Shown here: piece by piece, positions 13,289 through 24,824 of the stretch
Layout of the letters: each line of letters begins with the position of its first letter
How positions within the stretch are numbered: position 1 is the stretch's first letter
Translations under genes and position numbers: made by a program
Notes under the pieces: generated by a model
Database searches by the model: none
What the model was told of the DNA's origin: nothing
Seen by the model: the letters and a program-made list of their open reading frames with translations, nothing else
Assembly: GCA_017499595.2 (NCBI GenBank)
Contig: CM039004.1
Location: forward strand, 1,488,001 to 1,552,000
Reading direction: 5' to 3'
Length of the DNA stretch: 64,000 nucleotides
From: Psilocybe cubensis
Taxonomy: Eukaryota

Positions 13289-14925
13289 CTAGTCATCATC
13301 TAAATCCATATCACTACAATCATTATCTACACTAATTGCAAAATCAAGAGATCTTCCCTGAGCGGTGATCTCTTCTATATACCTACTAGCAATAGAATGG
13401 TCACTCCTCATTACATACTGCTTACCACACTTTTTGTAAGTAAAAACTGAGTTAAAACGATCACCAAACTCCTGTCGCGCTAAGCCAGCAATTTTCGCAT
13501 CCATTTCTTTTTTTACCATAGTCAACTTATCCACAATAGCTCTGTAAGAAAGCCGTTCGCCGGTCGAATCGGAAAACTCTTGCCAGAACTGATCTTCAGT
13601 TGTTTGGCGCCATCGATACACAATTGCCTAATGTAAAAATTAAGCATTGCTTGGTAATAGAATAAGAAAAAAAAACATACCTTCCATTGACACCAGTGTC
13701 CTTTGATAAGCTTCCACTGCCCAGGCATCCAAGAGCCAGTTTTTGAGCGAGCATATACCTGCTTCCAATATACAATAGGGATTGGGTGGCCCTTGATGAC
13801 TAGTGCCGAATTGTTGTCCCAAAACGGAGATGTATCATCCCACATCCGATTTAGGCTAGCAATGTCATTAGCAAACGTTATAGCGGGTGCGCGTGGTACA
13901 TCCTCAACCGAGAACTAAAGCTCAACTCCGGTACCAAGTGTGAGGGTACGTGTGGGAAAATTTGACCATGATGGAGAAACAGGCTCAGTAGATGATGAGC
14001 CGGGCACAGACAAACAAGGACTCGGAGCGGGTGCAGGTAATAGAGAAACAGGTGCAGCAGGTAGAGAAACGGGTGCAGCAGCAGGTAGAGAAACGGGTGC
14101 AGCAGCACTCTGGGCTTGAGCCATAAGTGAGAGGACAAGCGGTACAGCCGCTGCAATGTCCTGAGTTTGTACAGAAGAGATCTGGTGATAATCATGTCAG
14201 TTTCATGAATTCATTCAAACAGATTGTTCACGTACCTCACGACTATGCCGAATCTCACTCAGCTTACATGCCACAAACTCCTCTCGCTGCTCTCGGCTGA
14301 CATACGGATGCGAAAGTGATGTTTTTCGCGCCTAAAACAAATAGCATATCAGTATGCTTTGTATAATTAATAAACATCCTTACCCATTCCAAAATGTCTT
14401 CACATTGACCGGGCGTAGCTGGCACTGTTGCGATCTGCGACGGAATAGGAAGAGGTCGGTGTGGAAGTGGTGGGGCTGTTGATGCAAAAACCGCGCCTGC
14501 ACGGCGAGCCGATTGTTTTACTGATTTTGCTTTTGCGATTTTCCCCTCTTTGGGACCGCGATGCATGCGCCGTGCTGGGAGCTGCAGTCTATTTTGCTGT
14601 GTTAGTATAGTAGGCGCACAAATGAAAAAAAAAAAAGAACAAACGATGACTTACTTTATCCATTCCTCCCGGTTTTCACTAAAGGCTCGAAGTCGAGCCT
14701 TCAGTTCATCCTTTTTCCCACCCTTCGGCAGCCCAAATCCACGACATAAGCCAACGAGCTCCGTTTTGGTCATTCGAGGACTGTCACTGTTAAAAGATTA
14801 TGATTGTAAGTATAATATACCAAAAGCTGAAACATAGAGGGACGGACTCACATATCAAAGAACTGAATGGTGCCTTCACCATCTACCAGAGGGCCAGGAA
14901 ATGGAAGGCCTGTTGCTGCTTCCAT
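13289..14925 (-). pseudogene. SAP-motif putative DNA-binding protein of unknown function, multi-exon, one in-frame stop
   Basis: ATG 14925 (MEAATGLPFPGP); exon 2 MTKTELVGLCRGFGLPKGGKKDELKARLRAF fits a SAP motif; Trp-rich C-terminal domain (MWDDTSPFW...IVYWKQVY...WCQWK); TAG at 13915-13917 interrupts an otherwise continuous frame. Confidence 0.75.
14026..14108 (-). repeat. Coding tandem repeat (AAPVSL[L]P x3)
   Basis: Imperfect 21-24 bp units like GGTGCAGCAGGTAGAGAAAC on the + strand. Confidence 0.85.
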
Positions 14926-15258
14926 TGGAAGGGATGCACCAGTGCAGCAGCGACCAACGACAATGGCAACGACGAGTGCGAATGCGAGTGCGAGGACGAG
15001 GAGACCATGGCCACCCAATAAATTGCTGCAAACACGATCATTAGGGGCCATGACCTCACAGGCCCGATCGCGTTCTCGACCGCAGCAGTCACCGATCGCG
15101 ATGCGCCAGCTAGGGGCGCCGTCGTTGGGCCATGGCGCGACCGAAATCGCGATATATCTGGAAGGAGAGACATGGGTGAGCGTCCACGTTAGGGCAAAGG
15201 GTACCGGAGCGCGACGGCATTGGAACCAAACAATGCCAATCGGAAGGGACGGACTATA

Positions 15259-18200
15259 CTGTACCCGACCCTGAATATGGCCATTTCGGAATGTTCTTCA
15301 AATTGCGAGCGCCTTGCCAAACCGTTTGCTACAATTCTTTTTGAAAAACGTCGGCGTACATCTTAACTTTAACATATAAAATTTTCAGATTTTTTGAGTG
15401 TTTTGAGGAAGGGCAATGAATATTTTTCTACCGAAACCCCAAAATGTGGCTTTACACGGCAACCAGCCAGGCGTGGGAATCTTGGCATTATTGACCGCAG
15501 TCGATGCTCGCGATAAGGATTCTCACCTTTTCTACGCAGTCATCATCAACGTTCTTGCTCCCTCGTCCATTTAACACCAATCGGCTAAAGGTAACACTTT
15601 GTTTGTACATTTTTCATATGAAATAGCCACTATTTATGAGTTTTACGTCTAGGATACCGTCTTGCACCAACATCTTCAAGGTTGATAAGTGGTGGGTCAG
15701 CTGCCTCAACCGTTGGGGGCTCAGCTTGAGCATCGTTGTTGTTGCGAAGGGATGTTGGATTTGGTTGATGATGGGCTGGTGGAGGCTGAGGTTCTTCAGG
15801 TGCAATATATACAATCATCCTTATCCTTTTCCACTCTTCATCAAAAGCCACTGTTGCCAGTCCCTGATCCGAATCAGCATCATCATCAATGTGAGTCTCA
15901 GTAACAGCTCGTCTGGTCACCCTTTTCCTGCCCCCTCCCCTTCCACGTATATGAACTTGTGCTCGGATTTTTGCTGCAGCTATTTTTTCAGCCCGCTTTA
16001 CCTTTTCTGCAGCCTTTTCTGCAGCCTTTGCCTCTCGCTCCTTTTTCTTTTTCTCTTTCTCTACTTCCTTTTCAGTATCTCGCCTCTGCTTCTCTGCCTC
16101 TCGCTCTGCTCGCTTTGAAGCCTGTTCTGCCATTCTAACCTCTAGTGCAGCCTCCTTCTCCGCATCATCAATTGCCTTCCGCCTTGCCTTTAGTATTTTA
16201 CCTGCTTTTTTTAACATTGCTTTCCAGCCCTGTCGCCACTCAGCCTCTGCAAGTTCATTGAGGTTCTCGGTACTAGTCATATGGCGGGGATTTGATGATG
16301 AGTAAGTCTTCTTTCTAGTAGTATCCCGGTGATATAAGAGTTGTCGGAGGCGCTCATTCTCCTTTACCATAATTGTTTTTGTTGCATGGTCCCGTTCGAT
16401 TTGGATTTGCATATCATCGAGTAGTTTTCGCAGTTGTGATATTTGTAATCGTAGTTCAGGGCGTCCGGCCGTATGAGAGAGTGAAGGAGGTAATCCAATT
16501 AAGCGATATCGACTTGAAACAGATGATGCTGAAGACATAGTCGAGAGTATAGTAGGTGCCGCCTCAGACTGTGTGCCTATACTGTGCTCACTTGGTGTAG
16601 ACTGTGTTGTATCTGATGTAGTGTCTGATTAATTGTATGTAAAAAAATGATACATTGACTTACCTGGCACAATCTCGAGAAGTGGAGTAAGATCAGATGT
16701 AACGGGTAGAGCAGCCTGAGTTGTTGTGTTTTTGGATGGCTCGTATGCTTCTAATGGAATAATTCCCGGATTGATAGGCCAGATGCCGGTTTTTGCAAAT
16801 GCAGAAATAATTGTAGACCTTTTGAATGCCTTTTCTCGTGCAGTGTGGTAATGTCGGAGAAAGTTAAACTTGGTAACAGGAATGCCGTCGCGTGTTAACC
16901 GGTTTACCAGTGATTTCCAGCTATTGGATAACGGGCTGAAAGCACCAACATCACAAGGCTGCAACACATGGGTAGTATGGGAAGGGAGGCAAACAATGAC
17001 AATCTTGTTCCGTTCTGCAAAGCGGCAAAGCTTGAAAGTGCAGTGTGAGTTGTGACCATCAAGTATAAGCAACCGGTACCCTCCAGATGTGTTGCGCTCT
17101 TCTGATTTTGGATGAAAATCCCGCTCTAGCCACATGCTTCCAAGCTCTTTATCAGTCCACCCATTTTCCGAAATAGATAAACTGTATTAAATGTATAAAA
17201 TATCTGAGTTTGCATTATATACAATATAACAGAAAGTCTACCTAGCGTTAGATGGATTATCCTTTCCCCATTCCAATATACGCCGCTTTGCTTGATAGAT
17301 AACTGATGGCGAAAGTGATGTGCCATCAGCACAGATGGTTTCAATAATAGTCACCATTTCACGGTTCCCATTTTCAACTTGTTGTACATTTTTCTGTGTT
17401 TTGTCAACAATTGCAGAAACAGCTTTTCCAACGCCAAGTTGTATTCCTTTTTCATCTGAGTTATAGATGTTGCTTGGTATGATATCATATTCCTAAATCA
17501 AGGAGATCTTTGAATTATGTCATATCTAGGGATGATATTTTTACATGCCTTGATTAGATCTTTGATCATCACAAAAAACTCTCCAACAACTGTCGGATTC
17601 AAAGAGCGGGCCCGACATTCCTCAAGTGCAGAGGTTTTTTTGATTTTAAGATCAGTATGTCGTTCCAAAAACTTCCGGGGCCAGTTGATACCAATTTTCT
17701 GTTGTGATATTTCCTAAAAAATAGTACAGTATAAGTAACAGATTACCAATCACAGCACATACAATATAACAAAATAGCACTTACTGAAGCATATTCCTGA
17801 AGCATGTCCTGAGTTACAGGAAACCCCCGTCGTCCTAATGTCTTTGCCCAATCAACTAGAATACTTTCTTCGGCATCTGAAAGTGCACGTTCGCCTGCAT
17901 GTGCATCACGTTTGGTTTTGACTCCATTTAGCCGATTAGTCAACATTCCACGCTTGACACTGTAAATGCGACAGGCCTCCCGGATTGACAGTGTGTGCTA
18001 ACCATTAGACTTTAAAGGTGAGGACATAATGGCCTGAATAGCTTCTTGAATCCGATTTTCCACAGTATTATTGATAAGATCTGGGATGTCATCATTGGTA
18101 GAATCATGTGGAGAAACAGGAGAGGTTGTAGACATTCTGTGAGTAGTTGAGGAAGAAAAGCGAGTACAGCTGATTTCTAGTAGCTACTGACAGTGTATCC

Positions 18201-19004
18201 TACTTAGTTATTATATACTAGGGGTGGAATTAAAGGAGGACATACTTCGGACTTTTTATGGCATTTTGTATGATTCTTCCACTTTTCCGAGTGCTATAAC
18301 TTGGTGAGATGGTGGTTCTATCATTCAAAAATTGGTATTCAATGTCATAGAACATTGCAAAACACAAACGCGCCTTCAATTTCTGCCGATCTTTAGCCGT
18401 TCTGAAGAACTTCTTTCAATGTTGAAGGTGTTCAAAATTAGCTACTTTTTACTGATTGTCATATTTCAAGCCTAAAAAAATCGCAAAAAATAAGAGAAGC
18501 GAGATTGTGGTACCTTGAAGTGTTATCACTGTAGATCAAGTCATTGTTTGCCGCAATTTTTCCTCATCTTCTCCGAATACTGCATACAATATGCATATGT
18601 TTAAATAGGCAAATCAGTCAAGTCATGCACTTAATTTCCAATTCTCGGAATATTCTCTGGAGATATCTACTTGGAATCGAATGTATATTGTAGCCAGGGC
18701 TATATATGACCGACGTATACTGTTTTTGTGTCTGCTCAGCGCAGTTGTTGTGTTTGACCAAGTCGATAATTATGGATCAGACGTGAGAATGATTAGCAAA
18801 TCAATGGTGATGGTGAAATCTCACGGTGTATTGGCAAGATTGTGGCAGCAATACTTACTGCCTTGCTCTAAAAGTTTCTGATGTGGTGTAGAAGTACCAC
18901 AAGAGCAGTAATACACAAAAAGATTGAAAGAAATTGCTATACAACTCGTCAAAATTGCTCAGTGGCCATTTTCCGGGGTTGGCCGGTTTCAGGGTCGGGT
19001 ACAG
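15259..19004 (-). mobile_element. pogo/Fot1-like Tc1/mariner DNA transposon, 3746 bp, both ends present
   Basis: TIRs CTGTACCCGACCCTGAA (17 bp perfect, ~25 bp imperfect) at 15259 and 19004; TA target duplication at 15257-15258 and 19005-19006; transposase inside. Confidence 0.93.
15630..18135 (-). pseudogene. pogo/Fot1 DD35D transposase with N-terminal HTH (CENP-B-like) region and a charged C-terminal tail; in-frame TAG at 17998-18000
   Basis: LSIREACRIYSV, LSDAEESILVDW, YNSDEKG, ISENGWTD, ILDGHNSH...(35 aa)...LQPCDVG, AFAKTGIWP motifs; several introns. Confidence 0.9.
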
Positions 19005-19314
19005 TACACGTGCGCGGCAACGGTCGCCGGCATCAACCATCAATTTGGCGGGAGCGAACCACCCACGTGATCCCTCGCGACCGTCCGCCTCCAGAGAGAA
19101 GCATCCAGCCTCAAATTAGGAAATCCAAGGGCACACACACCCAATGGAATATCGCTTGTAGCTTTCAGTCCTAGGCGTACATCCGACAGGTATATACATC
19201 GTGAGAAAGAGTGGTGATTATGCAGTTCGAAAGCAAATTAAAGTGCGTCAGGGGAAAGTACATAGTCTATGATAAAAACTTTTAAGTAGTGTATAGATAT
19301 TAGGTATTGTAATT

Positions 19315-20990
19315 TTAAAGATATGCACGTGCACTTCTTCGCGCCATCTAGAGTTCAAAAATCAGCGTGCATTTACATGTCAGAAAACGCAAAAAGCACC
19401 TCAACAACTTTCCACCCTCCAGTAAGCTCGTTATCCAAGTCCTCTGGAACACGGGTCACGGCTGCAGCATATGTGCATTGCTCGACCTTGTTTTCAGCGC
19501 CAACAACGATCTCTCCCGTTTTAGCATTACGGAATAGCAGCATTTCCTGGGTTGCAAAGGTAACCAAAAAAATGGGCACTTCATTCTCCAGTATTTTGGC
19601 ATCAGAGACCTGGATTATAAGATCAAACCATATACGCAACTAAATGCTGGAGTGATTACATACATCAACTTGACGAATATCCAGCACTTTGCTATCACTT
19701 ATCAATCCTTGACGAAGGAAGTGTTCCATGGTTGCCCATAGCACATTATATGTCTATGTTGGTTACAGAGGTCAGATTGATTCTATAGGCTTAATTGAGA
19801 TGACTTACGGCTTCACCACACCACTGTTGCAATGACTCCCGATCAGCAGACAAGTAAGCATCTACGACCTCTGGAACAATGTACTCCCTCAGCTCTCGCT
19901 CGAAATTTTCACGATTGAATGATGGGTCCATGCTCTTCATGAGTCGCATTACCTGGGCAGTCTCATTTTCATCGAACCATGACCCCACGGTTTCCGTTAC
20001 AGATCGCACGGAAGAGACAATAGGATTTTCACTCTCATCGTATGCTTGTCGCATCGATACTAGAGTTCTCAGAACAGGGTTCGTTTCCTTCAGTTTGTTC
20101 CAAGCTTCTTGTCTTGGGGAATCTTTATGGAGCACCATGGCTTCACCGGCACTGCAGATTGACTATGAGTGTTGAGAAAAAATGGAGTAAATTGGCACTA
20201 ACTCGGGGTTTGCAACAATACGGTTTGGGCCCAGTCCAGCAGCACGACCAGCTTTTTCAAGGCGCTTTTGCCTTCTGAGTCGACGTGCCTCTTTCTCCTC
20301 GAATCCAGCATGTTTGGCACTACCACTGTCATCTAATGAATCGACTATTGTTTCGGCTAACGTTTTGTATGCAGCGGTCTTTCGGATGGGTTCTGTCGAT
20401 TTTTCAACAGCAGATGAGACTGCAGAGGATGCCCGAGATATCTAAAATGTTCGTTAAGAATGAACTTCAAAAATGTTGCAGTTCATCACATACAACTCGC
20501 ATAACTTCGCTCTCTTCCATGGTTTTCAGAGCCTCCGAAACGGCATCTCCAACCTTAATGCCAGCTTTCTTGAGCTCCTCAGCGGCGGCTCTTAATTTTG
20601 GATTTTCTTTGATACTGGAAGTTAACTAACTATACATTTTAGCACGGTCACGTATTCCGGTGTTCTGGTGAGACGCACCCTTGCCCGTTCATACGCTGCT
20701 CTCGCGCGTTTCAGCGCCTCCGAGTCCTGTAGCTTGTCTACATCACCCTGCAGCTGCTTGACACTATCCTGGAGCTCTCGACTCTTCTTCAACTCGTCTT
20801 TTAATACTTCCACAAATGTTTGAAAAGGTGATTTTGGAAGTTCGTTCTGGCGCCGAGACGAGGAATGAAAAGCAGAATGTTGGTGCCCAACCACTATACG
20901 CAGCGATGTCGAAGGCGCTGATGACCGAATCAGGTTGCGGGTACGGGTGCCGGTACGCGCAGCAACACTCTGTAGATTCCTCGGAAGCAT
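19315..20990 (-). CDS. TIM44: Mitochondrial import inner membrane translocase subunit TIM44
   Basis: R/S-rich presequence, SPFQTFVEVLKDEL, ENETAQVMRLMKSMDPSF, LREYIVPEVVDAYL and GGWKVVEMARR motifs. Confidence 0.95.
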
Positions 20991-21761
20991 ATTGTAATAG
21001 AGGGGGCTCAGAGGATATAGGCCTTTGTGCGTACACAGAGTTCACCGTCACGACTCACGTTTGGCCGACAGAATACCCAAATTTCGAGTCTCTCCGAGGA
21101 ATTGATCACGGGACCATTCTCACGGTGCAGTATTATAACAGCCAGCAGAACAGTCGGTCATGATTAACCTTTGGATTCGTTCCGAAACTACTATGTCGCT
21201 CAAGAGTTAACACAAGCATGGCGCTCACGAAAGCTTCAATAGATTTATCTTTTGTACCAGTCATTATATTTCCGGTCTCCGCGGAATAGTATCTCTATCC
21301 TCAACTCTACTCAAGCCTGGTGCTGCTATACTAAGCTATACTAACTACTCGTAGTATATTACATACCCTGGGCCCCGAATTTCTGAGAGGCTAGGCGCTG
21401 GTGAAGATAAAAGCAAATTCTCATATATTCCATCGGAGTACTTGGTTAAATTTAGTGTATAAATCTATCAGAAAGTGTATCTGATTTCAGCTATTCATGA
21501 CTGCCAGTTTATCTCGTTCACCACAAACACACTTGATTGCCAGCCTGACAGAAACTTCCAATCCAATGACTCGGAGCCAGGGCCTTTCTTAAAGTGATTA
21601 TTTGAAAGAATATACCCAGGTAGGTGCATAACTACTTAGAATTCTTTGCTGCCCATGCGAGTTTGTCGCGTGGCAATTCTTCCGACTCAGCATTTCAGAA
21701 AGTTCCAAGGTCACATTCGACCATCTCACTGGCTCCCGGCAGTACTGCACGCCACGATCAC

Positions 21762-22403
21762 AGGACCCGGGAAGCTCCCGTACAGGCATGTCCGGATTTT
21801 CGCGGATTTGAGGCCAAAAAATGGCAATTTCTTTGTCCAGTTCTCGCGGATTTGAGGGCGCCGCAGGCAAAATTTTGGCCAAACAAAGTCCGGTTTGGCG
21901 GATTTGAGGCCCATATTTTAAAAAAACTTTTGTAGTAATTGTTCAAAGGCGGCATGCCGCAACCATTTTTTCCCAGATGCAGCTAATTGTTGGCCAAATT
22001 TGGGGCCGGGATCCCGCTTAGATTGCAATTATTGGCCAGCGTCTATTATCTAAGAGCGGTAGACGATGGAGATCAACGGAAACGCACAGTAGTAAATCGA
22101 AGCAAGGTTACATTTCCTATATACAGCATATTGGTGAAACTTGAAGACGTCTTTTCTCTGCTACCCTGACAGTAACACCTAAATATCTACTCCATATGTT
22201 TCTTTTGCGATCAATTAATGACTTGTCGAGCCATCGAGTGGTTTTGCAAGCTCGCCCCGCAGGGCTGAAAAAAAAACCTAATCGGGAAAGCCCCTATCGG
22301 GCATTGTCCGGTTTCGCGGATTTGAGCCCCAAAATCTCGCGGATTTGAGGGCAAAAATTGGGATCCCAGGCGGACATGCTTATAGGGGAGCTTCCCGGGT
22401 CCT
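21762..22403. mobile_element. Non-autonomous TIR element (MITE A), 642 bp
   Basis: ~32-bp imperfect TIR AGGACCCGGGAAGCTCCC.TA..(A/G)GCATGTCCG; 8-bp TSD ACGATCAC (21754-21761, 22404-22411); internal GCGGATTTGAG x5. Confidence 0.9.
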
Positions 22404-23140
22404 ACGATCACCCACAATTCTTGGAAAATTTAGTAGGTTTCAATAATTTTCAGAGATTCTCACACTGATTATCTGAGTGCTGAGCTAAATGATTCCTCGC
22501 AGAGAGATTCAGGCACTGAACTTGATCTCACTAAATGATCCACAACTGGAGTCCAGCTAAGTTTCAGTAATCTGTCAGAAGACCTTCTATACTATGTCTT
22601 GGCCATATTCTAAGGCCCTGTTTGGTAACAACTCGTGCCATGCCCATGTATGCATTTAAATAAGATCGAATTGATGAAATCCACGTTTTCGATGTTACTT
22701 TTCACCTGGAGCCTCGATTTACCTGGAGATCTTGTTTTTGTGTTTATACACAACTTAAAAAAAAATGAGCATCTTTTTTGATATACGTGGTTGTCCGAGC
22801 ACACCTTATGAGCATTATGAGCTGGTAAAGTCACCAACTCTAGGAAATCCTTAGGCCGACTTGAAGTTGTCGATAGTCTAAGTTCCTTCCTATGCGGATT
22901 GCAGGCTTATGCGAACATCGAGAACGGTCGCTCTAGCCTTCACGAACCGGGAGGTATCTGAGGAACGGGTGCAATGATTTGATTTGAGATTTCCAAGTAC
23001 TTAGAAGCTCTTAGAAGTAAGCACAGGCAAGCACAATGCAAGCACCGGCATTTTGAGGAACTAATTCGGCTATGATGAGACGGAACTTAACGCCGACCAT
23101 ATCTGGTGCATTGAAACTTGAAACTCGTTCACATAAAACC

Positions 23141-23503
23141 AGGACCCCTGGCAATAGGCCCAGAGGACGTTCCCGAAAAAGGTCGATTTCTGGGTTTTTT
23201 GTCCGTCGCGATTTTCAAAATTTCTGTCCGGATATAGAACGACCTACCAATTTTTTCAAAAATTTGTCCGGAAATCGGGAACAACTGAATCAAAGAGCAG
23301 AAACTAACCATGTTTTATCTGATATTTTGTCCGGTTTTAGGAAGAACCTCGGCGGTCCTGCAACTTTTCTGTCCGGATTTTTGGAACGACATTTTGCTCA
23401 AAATCTGGGATTTCTGTCCGGTTTCGGAACGTCCGAAGGGGTCGATTTTCAAAATTTTTGTCCGTCCGACGGAACGTCCTCTGGGACTATTGCCAGGGGT
23501 CCT
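23141..23503. mobile_element. Non-autonomous TIR element (MITE B), 363 bp
   Basis: 33-bp TIR AGGACCCCTGGCAATAG(G/T)CCCAGAGGACGTTCC; 8-bp TSD ATAAAACC (23133-23140, 23504-23511); many internal TT(T/C)TGTCCG repeats. Confidence 0.93.
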
Positions 23504-23615
23504 ATAAAACCCTCCATTGGAAAGGCATTCAAGATCCGGTTCTGACTACATTTTGGATTTTGAATTAGGTTGTCGAGGAAATAATGGATATTGTTTAAAA
23601 ATCTGGGGCGACCAT

Positions 23616-24497
23616 AGGACCCCTGAAAATACCCCAAAATGCCTGATCCAAAATGGCCAAAATTTGCGGAATTTTATCCGGACGAATTTTCCAAAATCTT
23701 ATCCGGACGGCGGATCTACCATGAGGATTTTCGAATTTTTATCCGGACAGGTATCTGGCCTCCAAAAATTTCCTAAAATGGAAATTTTCTCCTAAACCGC
23801 CCGAAAAAGGTGATTTTGCGCTCGCAACCACTCTTGTATGCCACAAAGAAGTATACTTGATTGAAAAAGATGTAACGTAGACCGTTTGAAAGTACTATAG
23901 ATAGTTTGAGCAAGAAGAACATATCTACACTAATTAGTTTTGTAGCTAACTTTCATTTTCTGAGTCAAGCTCCTACATTAGACTTAGGATATTGTCGACC
24001 CTGTCCGATCCATTCGTGTTTGTTGAATGTTGGTGTGCTGTCATCGTCTTCAAACTTGATAGCTATTTCTGAAGTCATAGTGTGCGGTTCTGCTTAGATA
24101 GCTTGATGTTGGTTAACAATTGCGGCGGCCTCTACCAGCCAGACACGGAGGATGAATTTGATTGCATTGATAAAAAATTGAACTTGTTCTATCTGCTACG
24201 CTCTGAATATTACAAAACTTGCAGATACACATACAGAAGCGTAGCTTAGTGGTTAAGCAATGAATGAAGTCTGACTTTTCTTGACCGTCGTAAGTTCGAG
24301 GTGCGTCCTTGTCCAAATTTTATCCGGACCTGGATCAAGCTTTTGTTAGCTTCCCAAATTTTTATCCGGAAATTCCGATGTGGGGTCAGCCAAAATTTTC
24401 TCAAATTTTATCCGGACAGTCCTATGGCATAGTGACAAATTTTCTCAAATTTTATCCGGAAGTGGATCAGGGATTATAGGGTATTTTCAGGGGTCCT
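23616..24497. mobile_element. Non-autonomous TIR element (MITE C), 882 bp
   Basis: ~35-bp TIR AGGACCCCTGAAAATACCC.A.AAT.CCTGATCCA; 8-bp TSD GCGACCAT (23608-23615, 24498-24505); TTATCCGGA x7 near the ends. Confidence 0.93.
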
Positions 24498-24824
24498 GCG
24501 ACCATATAATATCCCCTATGGTTCCACCAATCCGGTCTCTGGAGTCTGCATAGATATCATCCCGACAGGGTCGTTGACAAACGGCCACATGGGTGCCACA
24601 TGGCAACTCATACGGTGTTAAGTAGTCCAATTTAATTTCTGTATTACGATGAGAGAAACCAGGTGACTAGCAAGCTCTAGCAAGATCGGGAAGGATATCA
24701 GCCCTGAGCCATCCGACCCGCAACAACAATAAGGGCTCAACGGAGATAATTTATATTACGTATATGGTGGTGAGTCGGGATAGTACGGTCGAAAGACACA
24801 ATTTTTCTGGAAGGAGCGGTCGAT

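Larger units (their letters stand above)
10531..19087. mobile_element. Putative tyrosine-recombinase (Crypton-like) DNA element carrying two convergent genes, with a nested pogo transposon; ends approximate
   Basis: YR and SAP-protein genes; AT-rich interior; inverted ends CGAACGGTCGCGA (10531-10543) and TCGCGACCGTCCG (19075-19087), 1 mismatch; removing it leaves a normal ~415-bp TIM44-PIF1 spacer. Confidence 0.6.

Noticed and set aside
15636-16118. Cys/Phe/Leu-rich + strand ORF resembling a membrane protein
   Set aside because: It is the antisense shadow of the K/E/A-rich transposase tail.
21578-22620. CAGGGCCTT...AAGGCCCTG as hAT-type ends enclosing MITE A
   Set aside because: Only a 9-bp inverted match, and the flanks (CTCGGAGC vs TTTGGTAA) show no target duplication.
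21598-24316. Several 60-157 aa ORFs in the MITE cluster, and a CRISPR-like reading of the repeats
   Set aside because: The ORFs are translations of repeat motifs crossing element boundaries. The repeats are short and irregularly spaced with no repeat-spacer period, in a eukaryotic context.
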